Shown: positions 1-10,595, counted from the stretch's first letter. The stretch is DNA of 64,000 bases from an uncultured PS1 clade bacterium (GCA_943846775.1 OX044368.1:283153-347152); one strand, 5' to 3'. Translations and numbers: made by a program. The notes: generated by a model from the sequence alone, not told the origin.

Positions 1-201
1 TATATGATTAGCTATCAATATTTAGAGGAAAAAATGATTATTAATAGCCTTAATAATCGACCTAAGCATCAACACGTGGTTATTACTGGTAGAGCTGCTT
101 CAGAGAGTTTGATCGAGATCGCTGACACAGTGAGTGAAATTAAAGATATCAAGCACGCTTTTAGAGCCAACATTAAAGCTCAAAAAGGAGTTGATTTATA
201 G
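1..201 (+). CDS. cobO: cob(I)alamin adenosyltransferase, C-terminal part (gene starts before the window)
   Basis: C-terminal motifs HVVITGR, LIEIADTVSEI, KHAF...KAQKGVDL match the CobO/BtuR family. Confidence 0.85.
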   Translation, partial: YMISYQYLEEKMIINSLNNRPKHQHVVITGRAASESLIEIADTVSEIKDIKHAFRANIKAQKGVDL

Positions 202-262
202 GATTTTTTTCAATATCTTTATCTAATAAATAGTTACACTTTTACGCTTTATTATTTTCAAC

Positions 263-1513
263 TTATCTAGGCACAAACTCAAGCACAGTTGCATTAATGC
301 AATATCTTGGCTTGCCATTTGGTCCGTCATTAAACACATGACCTAAATGAATATCTGAACTAATAGAAAGAATTTCGGTACGCTTCATACCAAAGCTATT
401 ATCAGCTTTTTCATATGTTTCACCATCAACTGGCTTGGTAAATGAGAGCCAGCCAGATTTTGAATTAAAACGATCACGAGTGTCAAATAAAGCTCGGCCG
501 GATAATTTATCGATAAAGATACCGTCAGGTGTGTTTTTAAAAATATCATACTGCTTACAAAAACGAGCATCTGTACCTTTATTAAAAGCCACATTAAAAG
601 CTTCGGACTTTTTTCCAAGTTTAAATTCGCCTAAGGCCTTGTAAAACTCACTCGGAGACATGTAGCCTTGATTGGCCCAGATTTCCTTACCATCTTTAAT
701 AAAAAAAATAGTTGGCGTTGCCCAAGTTGGTGTTTTTAAGTCAAACCCCTTTAAAGCAGTCATTGGTGCGCTTCTAAGAGGAATGCTGCCTTTATATTTT
801 GATGTAACGTCTTGTTCAAATTGTAAACAATATAAGCATGAGCCTTCATCTTCGGCCTCAATGACTAATATCTCCATGCCACCGAGCGGCATAATCACTT
901 CATGAGTGTTCTGTACTTCAACTGATGAATCAAATTTCACACCAGTTGAATGATCAGGACAGTATCCATTCGGATTTTTAACTAAATAGTTTTGATGATA
1001 ATCTTCTGCCGGCCAAAATTTATCTAGCTGTTTTATTTCGGTGACAATTTTGCCATAGCCTTTAGCAGTTAGTAACTTTTGGAATTTTTGCCCAGTGTTT
1101 AAAGCAACGGCTTCCTGGTCTTTTGTTGTCCAGTAGAGAGCTGATCGATAATTATCACCGATATCATTACCCTGACCATTGACTTGAGTTGGATTGTGAA
1201 TTTCCCAAAAATTTTTAATCAAAGACTCAGTAGAAACCTTGTCTGAGTTGTAAGTGACTTTAACCACTTCAGTGTGATTAACCAATTCTTTATCAATTTT
1301 CAACTCACTTTTATCAGTGAGCCCAATATTTTGTAAAAAACTAACAAAACTGGAATTTTTCAAATTTTTGTTCTTGAGCACTTCATCATAAGTTGGATTA
1401 TCATAATTGCCTCCAGCATAGCCAGAAATCACTTGAGTAACACCCTCAATCTTTTCAAAATTTTTTTCCACCCCCCAGAAACATCCTGCTGCAAATACAA
1501 TTTCTAATATCAT
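263..1513 (-). CDS. msrAB: Methionine sulfoxide reductase fusion: MsrA + thioredoxin-like (CxxC) domain + MsrB
   Basis: MsrA motifs GCFWG, HNPTQ.NGQGND.G..YRS, AEDYHQNYL, GYC; middle CLYC and ATPTIFFIKDGKE; MsrB motifs SGWLSF, HLGHVFNDGP, RYCIN; AGAGGA RBS upstream of the ATG. Confidence 0.85.
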   Translation of the reverse strand: MILEIVFAAGCFWGVEKNFEKIEGVTQVISGYAGGNYDNPTYDEVLKNKNLKNSSFVSFLQNIGLTDKSELKIDKELVNHTEVVKVTYNSDKVSTESLIKNFWEIHNPTQVNGQGNDIGDNYRSALYWTTKDQEAVALNTGQKFQKLLTAKGYGKIVTEIKQLDKFWPAEDYHQNYLVKNPNGYCPDHSTGVKFDSSVEVQNTHEVIMPLGGMEILVIEAEDEGSCLYCLQFEQDVTSKYKGSIPLRSAPMTALKGFDLKTPTWATPTIFFIKDGKEIWANQGYMSPSEFYKALGEFKLGKKSEAFNVAFNKGTDARFCKQYDIFKNTPDGIFIDKLSGRALFDTRDRFNSKSGWLSFTKPVDGETYEKADNSFGMKRTEILSISSDIHLGHVFNDGPNGKPRYCINATVLEFVPR

Positions 1514-1687
1514 TGCTATCCTCTTTAATAAAAAACAATTTTTTAATCATTATATTACGTATCAAGTTAGCTATAAATATCAAATGCTTACAATTAAATA
1601 AAGTGTTTTATAGGTAATATTTTATAGATGAAAACACTTTCAAACTTTAAGCCATTTAGAGCATAAAAACATAATAAAATTAAAATT

Positions 1688-2308
1688 ATGCTTACATTTA
1701 TGCGTCTGTTCTTACTATTACTATTATCTTACTTACCTGTCCATGTAAGTGCTGAAGTAAAAAATCGAGTATTGTTTTTAGGTGATTCTTTGACTGAAGG
1801 ATTTGGAATCAATCCTAGCCAGTCATATCCACAATTATTGCAAAAAAAATTACAAGAAAACGGCTTTTCAATTAAAGTTATTAATTCAGGTGTCAGTGGC
1901 TCCACTTCAGCTAGTGCTGTTTCTAGACTGAAGTGGCTATTACAAACAAAACCTACTCATTTGGTTTTAGCCTTAGGAGCAAATGATGGCTTGCGTGGAC
2001 AGCCTATCAAAGCTTTACGTGAAAATCTAAAGAGAGCGATTCTTCTAGCAAAGTCTCAAGGATTAGAGGTGTTATTATTAGGTATGCGCATACCGCCAAA
2101 TTATGGTTTGCAGTATTCTAAAGACTTTTTTGACAGCTATCAAATAATTGCAGATTTAACTGAGACTTCCCTAGTCCCCTTTTTGCTAAAAAATATTGCG
2201 GGTAAGGCCAATTTAAACTTAGCAGATGGAATTCATCCGAATGCAAAAGGGCATATTATTATGGCAGAAAATATTTACCCTTATCTTAAGGTTCAATTGC
2301 AAAATTAA
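1688..2308 (+). CDS. tesA: GDSL/SGNH arylesterase / acyl-CoA thioesterase I with signal peptide
   Basis: FLGDSLT, NSGVSGSTS, ALGANDGLRG, PPNYG, DGIHPN motifs. Confidence 0.85.
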   Translation: MLTFMRLFLLLLLSYLPVHVSAEVKNRVLFLGDSLTEGFGINPSQSYPQLLQKKLQENGFSIKVINSGVSGSTSASAVSRLKWLLQTKPTHLVLALGANDGLRGQPIKALRENLKRAILLAKSQGLEVLLLGMRIPPNYGLQYSKDFFDSYQIIADLTETSLVPFLLKNIAGKANLNLADGIHPNAKGHIIMAENIYPYLKVQLQN

Positions 2309-2974
2309 ATGATTTCTGTTCAACATTTATTCAAAACTTATCAGTTACCATCAGGTGATGACTTGCCAGTATTACGAAATATTAACTTCACTATTAAGAA
2401 AGGACAATCAGCTGCTATTACAGGGACTTCAGGAAGTGGAAAAACAACACTATTATCTTTATTAGCAGGAATTGATAACGTTACCTCAGGAAATATTGTT
2501 ATTGATACAGAAGAAATAACTTGTATGAGTGAAAATCAATTGACAAAATTTCGCTCTCAAAAACTTGGATTTATTTTTCAAAGTTTTTACTTACTGCCTC
2601 ACTTAAATGTTTTAGAAAATGTTGCCTTACCACTTGATATTGTTGCAAAAAATAATGCCAATGATAAAGCTAAAGAGCTCTTAGAGCTAGTAGGTTTATC
2701 TAGCCGACAAGATGCTTTACCTAATAAATTGAGCGGTGGAGAAAAGCAACGAGTAGCTATTGCTAGAGCCTTAATCAACGAGCCTAAAGTTATTTTTGCA
2801 GATGAGCCTACTGGCAATCTAGATCTAGAAACAGGACAAATTATTACAAATCTTCTGTTTGATTTAGTGCAATCAAAAAACCTAACTTTGCTTCTTGTAA
2901 CACATGACTTAGCATTGGCAAATCGTTGTGATCGAGAATTAAAGCTAATAAATGGTCAATTAGATGACATTTAG
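2309..2974 (+). CDS. ABC transporter ATP-binding protein (YbbA/LolD-like)
   Basis: Walker A GTSGSGKTT, LSGGEKQRVAIARAL, FADEPTGNLD, LVTHD. Confidence 0.9.
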   Translation: MISVQHLFKTYQLPSGDDLPVLRNINFTIKKGQSAAITGTSGSGKTTLLSLLAGIDNVTSGNIVIDTEEITCMSENQLTKFRSQKLGFIFQSFYLLPHLNVLENVALPLDIVAKNNANDKAKELLELVGLSSRQDALPNKLSGGEKQRVAIARALINEPKVIFADEPTGNLDLETGQIITNLLFDLVQSKNLTLLLVTHDLALANRCDRELKLINGQLDDI

Positions 2975-5528
2975 CCGTTTTTCTTTTTTAAGTCGCTACG
3001 CTCTTAAAGAATTATTTAACAATCGATTTTTTTCGATTTTTTTCGCTATTAACCTTTGGCTTGGACTAGTTGGCTTTGTTTTTATTGGAAATATTAGTGT
3101 AGGTGTTGATAAATACTTTAATCACAATTTAAAAAAAATTCTTAATGGTGACTTGCAAATTTCTAGCCGCCAACCCTTGCCACAAGATCTTTCTAAAAAA
3201 GTAAAAGAATTTTTAGTTAAAAATAACTCAAATTTTGAAATTACAGAAACCGTTAGCCTTTTCTCTATGGTTAATAGTATTGAACAAACAGCACTATTTA
3301 ATGTTCGAGGCGTTGATGCAAATTTTAATCTATATAGTGATTTTTCCATTCAAAATGGTAAAGTTAATAGTGTGTCTATTAGTGAGAGTTTGCTAGAACA
3401 GAAAGGTATTTGGCTTGATAAAGAGAGTATGCGATTATTACAAGTTAAGGTTGGCAATAAAGTTAAAATTGGAAATACTTCATTCACAATCAATCAAACA
3501 ATTAATCGCTTGCCTCAAATGGGGAGTGCATTTAGTGCTTTTGTTCCAACTGTATATATTCATCGCCAATATATTAAAGATACTGGTTTGTTATTGTTAG
3601 GAAGTCGAGCATCTTCTAGTATTAATATTAAGCTGCCAAACATTCAGTCGATCGACAACTTAAAACAAGGTCTGATTTCATTAATCTATCAGCATTATCC
3701 AAATGCTGGCGACTTACGTGTACGTAGCTTAAAAGATGCTAGCGAGCGACTAGATGTATTATTAGAATATATTACTGGTTTTTTAAATATAGTATCCTTG
3801 ATAGCTTTATTTTTATCTGGCATCGGTACAGCTTTTTTATTTAGAAATTATGCTTTAAAACGCCTTAAAAGTTCAGCCATTGCAGCTTGTTTAGGATTGT
3901 CTAACAAACAATCTAACGTTATTATACTAATACAGTTATTGTTACTAGCATCATTTGCCGGCATTTTGGCTATACTCTTTGGTGGATTATTAAGCTATAT
4001 CTTTAGTATTTACTTTTCGGATTATATTGGAGATTTTGAATTTGTCTTATTCAATTTTACAACTGCATTCGCTGGTCTTTTAATCGCTATTTTTTCAGCC
4101 TTATTATTTTCTTTACCTACCTTGCTACAAGTTAGAAATATTAAGCCCATTGTTCTACTTAAAAGCGAAGGCGTTCCGGTAGTTAGTCAAAATAAAAAAC
4201 AGTGGTTTTTTTACCTGCCTGGGTTAATTTTTTTCTGGTTAGTAGCAACATACTTAACAAATTGGATACAAGGAAGTTTTTTCATACTAGTATTTTGCTT
4301 TGTTTTATTACTTTTAATTGGCTGCGTATCGCTTATTTGTGATTTTTCTTTGTGGCTTAGCAAAAGACACAAAGGTCTTTATAAAATGGCATTACGACAA
4401 ATTGCACGACATAGAAATGCCACCATTTCAGGCGCTACATCAATAGCTTTAGGTGTATTTCTAATAGCAATAATCCCACAAATTTCTATGGGTATCAGCG
4501 ATGAAATCAAGCAACCAAAAGGCTCATTATTGCCTAATTATTTTCTCATCGATATTCAAGAAGAGCAACTTGAAGGCCTGGAAAAGCTAATTATTAAATC
4601 TGGATTAAGATTAGATTATATTTCGCCATTAGTTCGTGGCCGATTAACGCACGTCAACAATGTTCCTGTTGGGCGACGGTATGATAACCCTGACCAAAAA
4701 AAACTAGGACTTCTTCGAGCATTTAATCTTAGCTATCGTCAAAAACTACTACCATCAGAAAAAATTGTTACAGGCAATTCTTTTGATAAATACTCTCTTG
4801 AAGGCACCGCTCAAGTTTCAATTGAAGAAAAATTTGCTAAACGCAATAATCTAAAAATTGGTGATCTGTTAGTTTTTGATATTCAGGGCGTTCCTATTGA
4901 AGGCATTATCCAAAACTTACGCAGCGTTAAATGGAATAGTTTTCAGCCTAATTTTTTTGTTTTATTTCAAACTCAAGCATTGATATTAGCACCGAAAACT
5001 TATATTGCCAATATCCCTGATATTGAAGGTGAAAATAAGTTTCAGTTTAGAAAAGCATTAATAGAGGCGTATCCAAATATTTCGGCTATTGATATTCAAA
5101 AACTAATTGACTCTACTTTAAATATTGGCGCAAAAGCTTTAGAGTTAATTTTATTTTTAGCAACTATCACTTTCCTGTCTGGAATGATGGTTGTTTTTTC
5201 AATTTCTATTATGCGTGCTTATGAGAAAAAAACAGAATTATCGCTACTGAAAACCCTCGGAATGTCTTCGTTATCTTTACAAAAACTTATGTTAATTGAG
5301 TTTTCTTTACCTGCAATTATTGCAGTGTTTATTGGTGTAATATTAAGTATCGCAGTTTCATTTGCATTTTCATACTTAACATTTGAACGAATTTTTGATG
5401 TTCATTTCAATGCACTTATAATTGTTTTATTGCTAGCTACCCTTCTGATTATGCTTATGGCTTGGCTAGTTGGTAGCTACGTGTCTAAAATTAAACCTTT
5501 ACAAAATTTACGTGATGAACAATCTTGA
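2964..5528 (+). CDS. FtsX-like ABC permease (YbbP-like)
   Basis: 854 aa with multiple hydrophobic segments, GDLQI, PNYFLIDIQ.EQ and V.WNSFQPNFFVLF motifs; coupled to the ATPase gene. Confidence 0.8.
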   Translation: MTFSRFSFLSRYALKELFNNRFFSIFFAINLWLGLVGFVFIGNISVGVDKYFNHNLKKILNGDLQISSRQPLPQDLSKKVKEFLVKNNSNFEITETVSLFSMVNSIEQTALFNVRGVDANFNLYSDFSIQNGKVNSVSISESLLEQKGIWLDKESMRLLQVKVGNKVKIGNTSFTINQTINRLPQMGSAFSAFVPTVYIHRQYIKDTGLLLLGSRASSSINIKLPNIQSIDNLKQGLISLIYQHYPNAGDLRVRSLKDASERLDVLLEYITGFLNIVSLIALFLSGIGTAFLFRNYALKRLKSSAIAACLGLSNKQSNVIILIQLLLLASFAGILAILFGGLLSYIFSIYFSDYIGDFEFVLFNFTTAFAGLLIAIFSALLFSLPTLLQVRNIKPIVLLKSEGVPVVSQNKKQWFFYLPGLIFFWLVATYLTNWIQGSFFILVFCFVLLLLIGCVSLICDFSLWLSKRHKGLYKMALRQIARHRNATISGATSIALGVFLIAIIPQISMGISDEIKQPKGSLLPNYFLIDIQEEQLEGLEKLIIKSGLRLDYISPLVRGRLTHVNNVPVGRRYDNPDQKKLGLLRAFNLSYRQKLLPSEKIVTGNSFDKYSLEGTAQVSIEEKFAKRNNLKIGDLLVFDIQGVPIEGIIQNLRSVKWNSFQPNFFVLFQTQALILAPKTYIANIPDIEGENKFQFRKALIEAYPNISAIDIQKLIDSTLNIGAKALELILFLATITFLSGMMVVFSISIMRAYEKKTELSLLKTLGMSSLSLQKLMLIEFSLPAIIAVFIGVILSIAVSFAFSYLTFERIFDVHFNALIIVLLLATLLIMLMAWLVGSYVSKIKPLQNLRDEQS

Positions 5529-5549
5529 CTTGGAAAGACTCTTAAAAAA

Positions 5550-6911
5550 TTATGTATTTTCGCTCATGTATTGCAAAGCTTGATATAGATATTCTACAGG
5601 GACAATTTTCAAGCCATTAGGGGCTTTTTTAGGTAAATTACCCTTTGGTATAATAGCTACCTTAAAGCCGTGTTTTTGCGCTTCTTGTAAACGCTCAAGG
5701 GCATTATAAACTGGGCGCACCTCACCTGTTAAGCCCACTTCACCAAAAGCGATCCAATCATTTGGAATTACTTTATCTCTAAGCGAAGACATAATAGCCA
5801 GCATTACCACCAAATCAGAAGCAGTTTCACTCACCTTAATACCACCGACTACATTAACAAAAACATCTTGATCGTGCGTAGCAATACCGCCATGTTTATG
5901 CAACACAGCTAATTGCAATGCTAGTCGGTTTTGCTCTAAACCAACACTCACTCGCTTTGGGTTACTACCTGCTTGATCAACTAAAGCTTGCACTTCGATC
6001 ATTAATGGACGCGTAGCCTCACGCGTAACCATCACCATTGAGCCTGGAGATGGCTTAGCTTGGTTAGATAAGAAAATAGCCGAAGGATTTTCTACTTGCT
6101 GCAAGCCTGTTTCACCCATGGCAAAGACACTAATTTCATTAACAGCGCCGAAGCGATTTTTGACAGCGCGAATAATACGATAACGCCCGCCCGCATCACC
6201 CTCAAAATAAAGTACAGCGTCAACCATATGCTCTAAAATTCTTGGACCAGCTAAAGCACCACCCTTAGTAACATGGCCAATCATTAGCAAAATAGTATTG
6301 GTTTGCTTGGCAAACTGAGTCAGTTGTGCAGCGCAATCACGCACTTGAGTGACTGATCCTGGAGCCGAAGTTGAGCCATCGGTAACCATAGTCTGAATGG
6401 AGTCAATTACGATAACTTTTGGCCGAACCTCTTTGGCCAGCTTAATAATTTTTTCTAGATGTGTTTCGCTCAGTAAAAGAATATCTTCATGAATATTTAA
6501 GCGAATTGCACGATCACTTATCTGCTGAGCTGACTCCTCACCGCTAACATACAAGGTGGTATCTGTTTTATTAATAGCTGCCATCGCTTGCAATATAAGG
6601 GTTGATTTACCAATACCTGGATCTCCACCAATAAGCACCACGGAGCCATCTACTAGCCCACCACCCAGTGTTCGATCCAGCTCGCTAATTCCAGTACAAA
6701 GCCTAGCTCTATTTTCGGATTTAATGTCTGATAAATTTTGAACTTTTGATGGTGGAAGATCTTTAAGGCTTTCAGGCTTTGAGGAAGTTGCTTGAGATAA
6801 AACCACCTCCTCCAATGTATTCCAAGCTTTACAATCGAGACACTGGCCTGCCCATTGTGGCTGCGATGAGCCGCATTCACGACAAACAAATTCAACCTTG
6901 GTTTTTGCCAT
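5550..6911 (-). CDS. radA: DNA repair protein RadA/Sms
   Basis: N-terminal C4 zinc finger, GGDPGIGKSTL, KNRFG. Confidence 0.97.
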   Translation of the reverse strand: MAKTKVEFVCRECGSSQPQWAGQCLDCKAWNTLEEVVLSQATSSKPESLKDLPPSKVQNLSDIKSENRARLCTGISELDRTLGGGLVDGSVVLIGGDPGIGKSTLILQAMAAINKTDTTLYVSGEESAQQISDRAIRLNIHEDILLLSETHLEKIIKLAKEVRPKVIVIDSIQTMVTDGSTSAPGSVTQVRDCAAQLTQFAKQTNTILLMIGHVTKGGALAGPRILEHMVDAVLYFEGDAGGRYRIIRAVKNRFGAVNEISVFAMGETGLQQVENPSAIFLSNQAKPSPGSMVMVTREATRPLMIEVQALVDQAGSNPKRVSVGLEQNRLALQLAVLHKHGGIATHDQDVFVNVVGGIKVSETASDLVVMLAIMSSLRDKVIPNDWIAFGEVGLTGEVRPVYNALERLQEAQKHGFKVAIIPKGNLPKKAPNGLKIVPVEYLYQALQYMSENT

Positions 6912-7363
6912 TATTTATGCATGAGCTTTTCAATCTCATTTTTGAAAGCTTCGATATCTTGAAATTGACGATAAACTGAGGCAAAGCGAATGTAGGCTAC
7001 CTCATCTAGCGCTTTAAGTTCTTCCATTACCCATTCGCCAATTTTGGCTGAAGACACTTCACGCTCTGCTTGAGTCATTAGTTTGCGTGAAATGCGAGCA
7101 ATAGAGGTTTCAATTTGCGAGGTTTTAACCGGACGTTTTTCCAAGGCTTTAAGCAGACCAGAACGAAGTTTTTCTTCGCTAAATGATTCACGAGATTCAT
7201 CGCTTTTAATTAAGCGCGGTAAATTTAGGTCAACCGTTTCACGAGTAGAATATCGCTCACCACAGGAAGTACACTCTCGACGCCTGCGCACTTGCGAGCC
7301 ATCATCCACTAAACGTGTATCTAATACTTTGGTATCGTCAGACTGACAAAATGGACAGCGCAT
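6911..7363 (-). CDS. nrdR: Transcriptional repressor NrdR
   Basis: MRCPFC, RRRRECxxC, ATP cone, [10 protein letters not shown]. Confidence 0.97.
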   Translation of the reverse strand: MRCPFCQSDDTKVLDTRLVDDGSQVRRRRECTSCGERYSTRETVDLNLPRLIKSDESRESFSEEKLRSGLLKALEKRPVKTSQIETSIARISRKLMTQAEREVSSAKIGEWVMEELKALDEVAYIRFASVYRQFQDIEAFKNEIEKLMHK

Positions 7364-7381
7364 TCTCCCTCTTAACGCTAA

Positions 7382-8635
7382 CTATTTGTAAACCGGATGC
7401 TTAGCGCAAACCTTAGCTACTTTTGCTTTCACTTCATCGATCACAGTTTGATTATCTAGATCATCACAAATATCACAAATCCAGCTAGCCAAATCACGAC
7501 ATTCGGCTTCACCAAATCCTCGAGTAGTTATCGCAGGCGTACCCACGCGAATGCCACTAGTTACAAATGGTGATTGTGGATCATTTGGTACAGCGTTCAT
7601 GTTTACCGTAATATGGGCATTGCCAAGTGCTGCGTCAACTGCCTTACCAGTTAAACCTTGATCAATGAAGCTCACTAAAAATAAATGATCATCTGTACCG
7701 CCAGAAACCACGTCAAAACCACGTTTAATAAAGGTATCAGCCATCACTTGCGCATTGACCTTAACTTGCTTTTGATAAGTCTTATACTCATCGCTCATTG
7801 CCTCTTTAAAGCACACCGCTTTAGCAGCAATAATATGCATGAGTGGGCCGCCCTGAATACCTGGGAAAATCGCTGAATTCAGCTTTTTCTCAATCTCTTC
7901 ATTGGCTTTGGCTAAAATTAGACCGCCACGAGGACCACGTAAAGTTTTATGTGTAGTGGTGGTTGTTACGTCAGCAATACCTACTGGCGATGGATATTCA
8001 CCTGCAGCAACAAGGCCAGCAACATGCGCCATATCCACCAATAAATACGCACCTATTGAATCAGCAATATCTCTAAAACGCTGCCAATCAACCACGCGGG
8101 AATACGCTGAAAAACCTGCAATAATCATTTTTGGCTGATGATCTTTGGCTAGTGCCTCTACTTGAGCGTAATCAATTTCACCAGTACTTTCATCTAAACC
8201 GTATTGAATGGCGTTAAAATTTTTGCCAGAAAAAGAAGGTGCTGCACCATGAGTTAGATGTCCACCATGTGCAAGACTCATACCTAAAATAGTATCACCT
8301 GGCACTAACAAAGCCTGAAAAACTGCTGCATTTGCTTGAGAGCCAGAATGTGGCTGAACATTCACATAATCTGCGCCGAATAATTCTTTAGCACGATCAA
8401 TTGCCAATTGTTCAACAACGTCAACATGCTCACAACCGCCATAATATCGTTTTTTAGGATAACCTTCAGCATATTTATTAGTAAGCTGAGAGCCTTGGGC
8501 CTCCATCACAGCTGGCGACGTGTAGTTTTCACTAGCAATCAGCTCGATATGTGCCTCTTGACGAGCCACTTCTGCAATAATTGCATTTGAAATTTCATTA
8601 TCTACTTTGGCTAAAGTTTGAGATCTATCAAACAT
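7382..8635 (-). CDS. glyA: Serine hydroxymethyltransferase
   Basis: [29 protein letters not shown]. Confidence 0.98.
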   Translation of the reverse strand: MFDRSQTLAKVDNEISNAIIAEVARQEAHIELIASENYTSPAVMEAQGSQLTNKYAEGYPKKRYYGGCEHVDVVEQLAIDRAKELFGADYVNVQPHSGSQANAAVFQALLVPGDTILGMSLAHGGHLTHGAAPSFSGKNFNAIQYGLDESTGEIDYAQVEALAKDHQPKMIIAGFSAYSRVVDWQRFRDIADSIGAYLLVDMAHVAGLVAAGEYPSPVGIADVTTTTTHKTLRGPRGGLILAKANEEIEKKLNSAIFPGIQGGPLMHIIAAKAVCFKEAMSDEYKTYQKQVKVNAQVMADTFIKRGFDVVSGGTDDHLFLVSFIDQGLTGKAVDAALGNAHITVNMNAVPNDPQSPFVTSGIRVGTPAITTRGFGEAECRDLASWICDICDDLDNQTVIDEVKAKVAKVCAKHPVYK

Positions 8636-8901
8636 AACACTCTCCTTTTATTAATATATTGCTTAGATTTAAGTTGATAATTTTAACTCAATATATCCAT
8701 AATAAGTTAACAGCTAATTTTAAAAATTTAGCAAATATTGCAAATGAACTAAATTAACTACTTAAAAAGATTAAGTTCAGAGCAAACATCCTCTTAAAAA
8801 TGCATTTATAAGACATAAACAACTAAAAATAAGATGGTTTAATCTTAAATCTTTAAAAATTTAGAAATTTTAAGAATGACTCTTAAGAATGCTTAAAACG
8901 T

Positions 8902-8940
8902 AAAAAGCCGCAAACTAATTGCTCAGTTTGCGGCTTTTTT
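8902..8940. terminator. Intrinsic terminator (A/T tracts on both sides) downstream of the 60-aa ORF
   Basis: aaaaagccgcaaact (8902-8916) pairs with agtttgcggcttttt (8925-8939). Confidence 0.85.
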
Positions 8941-8962
8941 GTAACAATAATTTAATTAAAAA

Positions 8963-9145
8963 TTATGGCTTCTTAGGTGTTTGGTATGGCACTTCAGTTT
9001 GAACAGATTCCCATTCAGTTGTATACCCAACGTGAAAACCTGCTGGTACTTTACCGTCTACTGTCTTTTGGGTTGTTGTAACTTGGAAGCCTTTTTTACC
9101 TGTTACACCAGTTGGAACTGCAGGTCTTTGCATTTGTCCGCTCAT
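8963..9145 (-). CDS. Small hypothetical protein (60 aa)
   Basis: AGGAG RBS a few nt before the ATG, TATAAT at 9238-9233, terminator about 20 nt past the stop, codons like those of the ribosomal protein genes. Confidence 0.7.
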   Translation of the reverse strand: MSGQMQRPAVPTGVTGKKGFQVTTTQKTVDGKVPAGFHVGYTTEWESVQTEVPYQTPKKP

Positions 9146-9327
9146 ATTCTACTCCTAGAAAAACTTAAAGTATCCGCTGTAAAGGTCTACAACTAAAAAA
9201 TACTTTAATCAATAAAATTTATAATCTGAGTAATTATACCGCGATGTCTACCAATAATCTATTTTTTATAAAAAAAATTATCCAATTTAACGCTATTAAA
9301 TTTAGCGCATTTAATTAGTTTTTTAAT

Positions 9328-10068
9328 TCAGTTCTTACAAATTGGACAAGCGGCGTCTTTAGCAACTCCTACCGTTCTAAAGTCTAGCTTTAGCGCATCA
9401 ATTATCATTAATTTTCCTGTTAACTGTTCTCCCAAATTTAACACCACTTTAAGTGCTTGCAGTGCTTGTAGCGTACCCATAATTCCTGCAACCGGGGCAA
9501 GGATTCCGCTTTCTGCACAGCTTTCACCCTCTTCCCCTGTTTTGCCATACAAGCACTGATAACAAGGCTGATCCGCCTCATAACCTTTAAAGACTGATAA
9601 TTGCCCCTCAAAACGAATAACCGCTGCAGAAACAAGTGGCACTTGCTTTTGCGTGCAAGCAGCATTAATCTTAAAGCGCGTAGCAAAATTATCCGTACCG
9701 TCGAGCACAACATTCGCCTTTGATACCCAATGATTAAGATTCTCCTCACTAAGATCCTTGAGAGTGGTGACTTTAATATCAGGATTAATGGCCAACATCT
9801 TTTCCTGGGCAGAATCGACTTTGTATTGACCAATATTAGGCGTATGGTGAATCACTTGACGCTGCAGATTTGATAGCTCAACTTTATCAAAATCAGCAAT
9901 AATAAGATGTCCTACGCCAGCTGCTGCTAAATACAAGGCACTAGGAGAGCCCAAACCACCAACACCAATTAATAACATCGTAGATTCTAACAAGCTTTGT
10001 TGGCCTTCAATACCTACTTGTGGTAGCATAATTTGGCGAGAATATCTAAGTAGTTCTTGATCGTTCAT
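9328..10068 (-). CDS. moeB: MoeB/ThiF family adenylyltransferase
   Basis: [48 protein letters not shown]. Confidence 0.85.
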   Translation of the reverse strand: MNDQELLRYSRQIMLPQVGIEGQQSLLESTMLLIGVGGLGSPSALYLAAAGVGHLIIADFDKVELSNLQRQVIHHTPNIGQYKVDSAQEKMLAINPDIKVTTLKDLSEENLNHWVSKANVVLDGTDNFATRFKINAACTQKQVPLVSAAVIRFEGQLSVFKGYEADQPCYQCLYGKTGEEGESCAESGILAPVAGIMGTLQALQALKVVLNLGEQLTGKLMIIDALKLDFRTVGVAKDAACPICKN

Positions 10069-10556
10069 GAGTGAAAGTATTTATTGAGTTTGGGTGCAAT
10101 TAGCATTCTGCAATAAGCTTGATCAGGGTTGTTGTTAAAGTAGTTTTGATGGTAGTTTTCCGCTGGATAAAACACATCCAGAGCGCTCACTTCTGTCACA
10201 ATATTATCACCCAATGTTTGGCTATATTGCTGTGCTATATTTTTTTGTTCGATATCTTCATAAAATATGGCTGATCGATATTGCGTGCCTTTGTCATTAC
10301 CTTGCTGATTCAATGTCGTAGCATCATGTGTGTCAAAAAATACAGCTAATAATTGTTGAAATGTTACCTTTTTTTCGTCAAATACAATTTTAACCACCTC
10401 AGCATGACCCGTACTACCTGTACAAATATCTGCGTAACTAGGGTTTTGAGTATGTCCATTACAATAGCCAGATACCACGCTCGTCACACCTGAAATACGC
10501 TGAAATATTGCTTCAACACACCAAAAACATCCACCGGCAAAATACGTTGTTTGCAT
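10065..10556 (-). CDS. msrA: Peptide methionine sulfoxide reductase MsrA (stand-alone)
   Basis: [37 protein letters not shown]. Confidence 0.95.
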   Translation of the reverse strand: MQTTYFAGGCFWCVEAIFQRISGVTSVVSGYCNGHTQNPSYADICTGSTGHAEVVKIVFDEKKVTFQQLLAVFFDTHDATTLNQQGNDKGTQYRSAIFYEDIEQKNIAQQYSQTLGDNIVTEVSALDVFYPAENYHQNYFNNNPDQAYCRMLIAPKLNKYFHS

Positions 10557-10595
10557 GTATGATTAAACTCTTAATAAAAACCCATAGTATAGTCG

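Noticed and set aside
1500-1550. Upstream ATG reading MIKKLFFI, resembling a lost signal peptide of the Msr fusion
   Set aside because: Out of frame with msrAB; it overlaps a TATAAT and the downstream ATG has a good SD, so a promoter/UTR is the simpler reading; homologue alignment would settle it
8963-10068. 60-aa peptide as a RiPP precursor or sulfur carrier for the neighbouring MoeB/ThiF enzyme
   Set aside because: No C-terminal GG, no leader/core pattern, no other modification or export genes, and an apparent separate promoter
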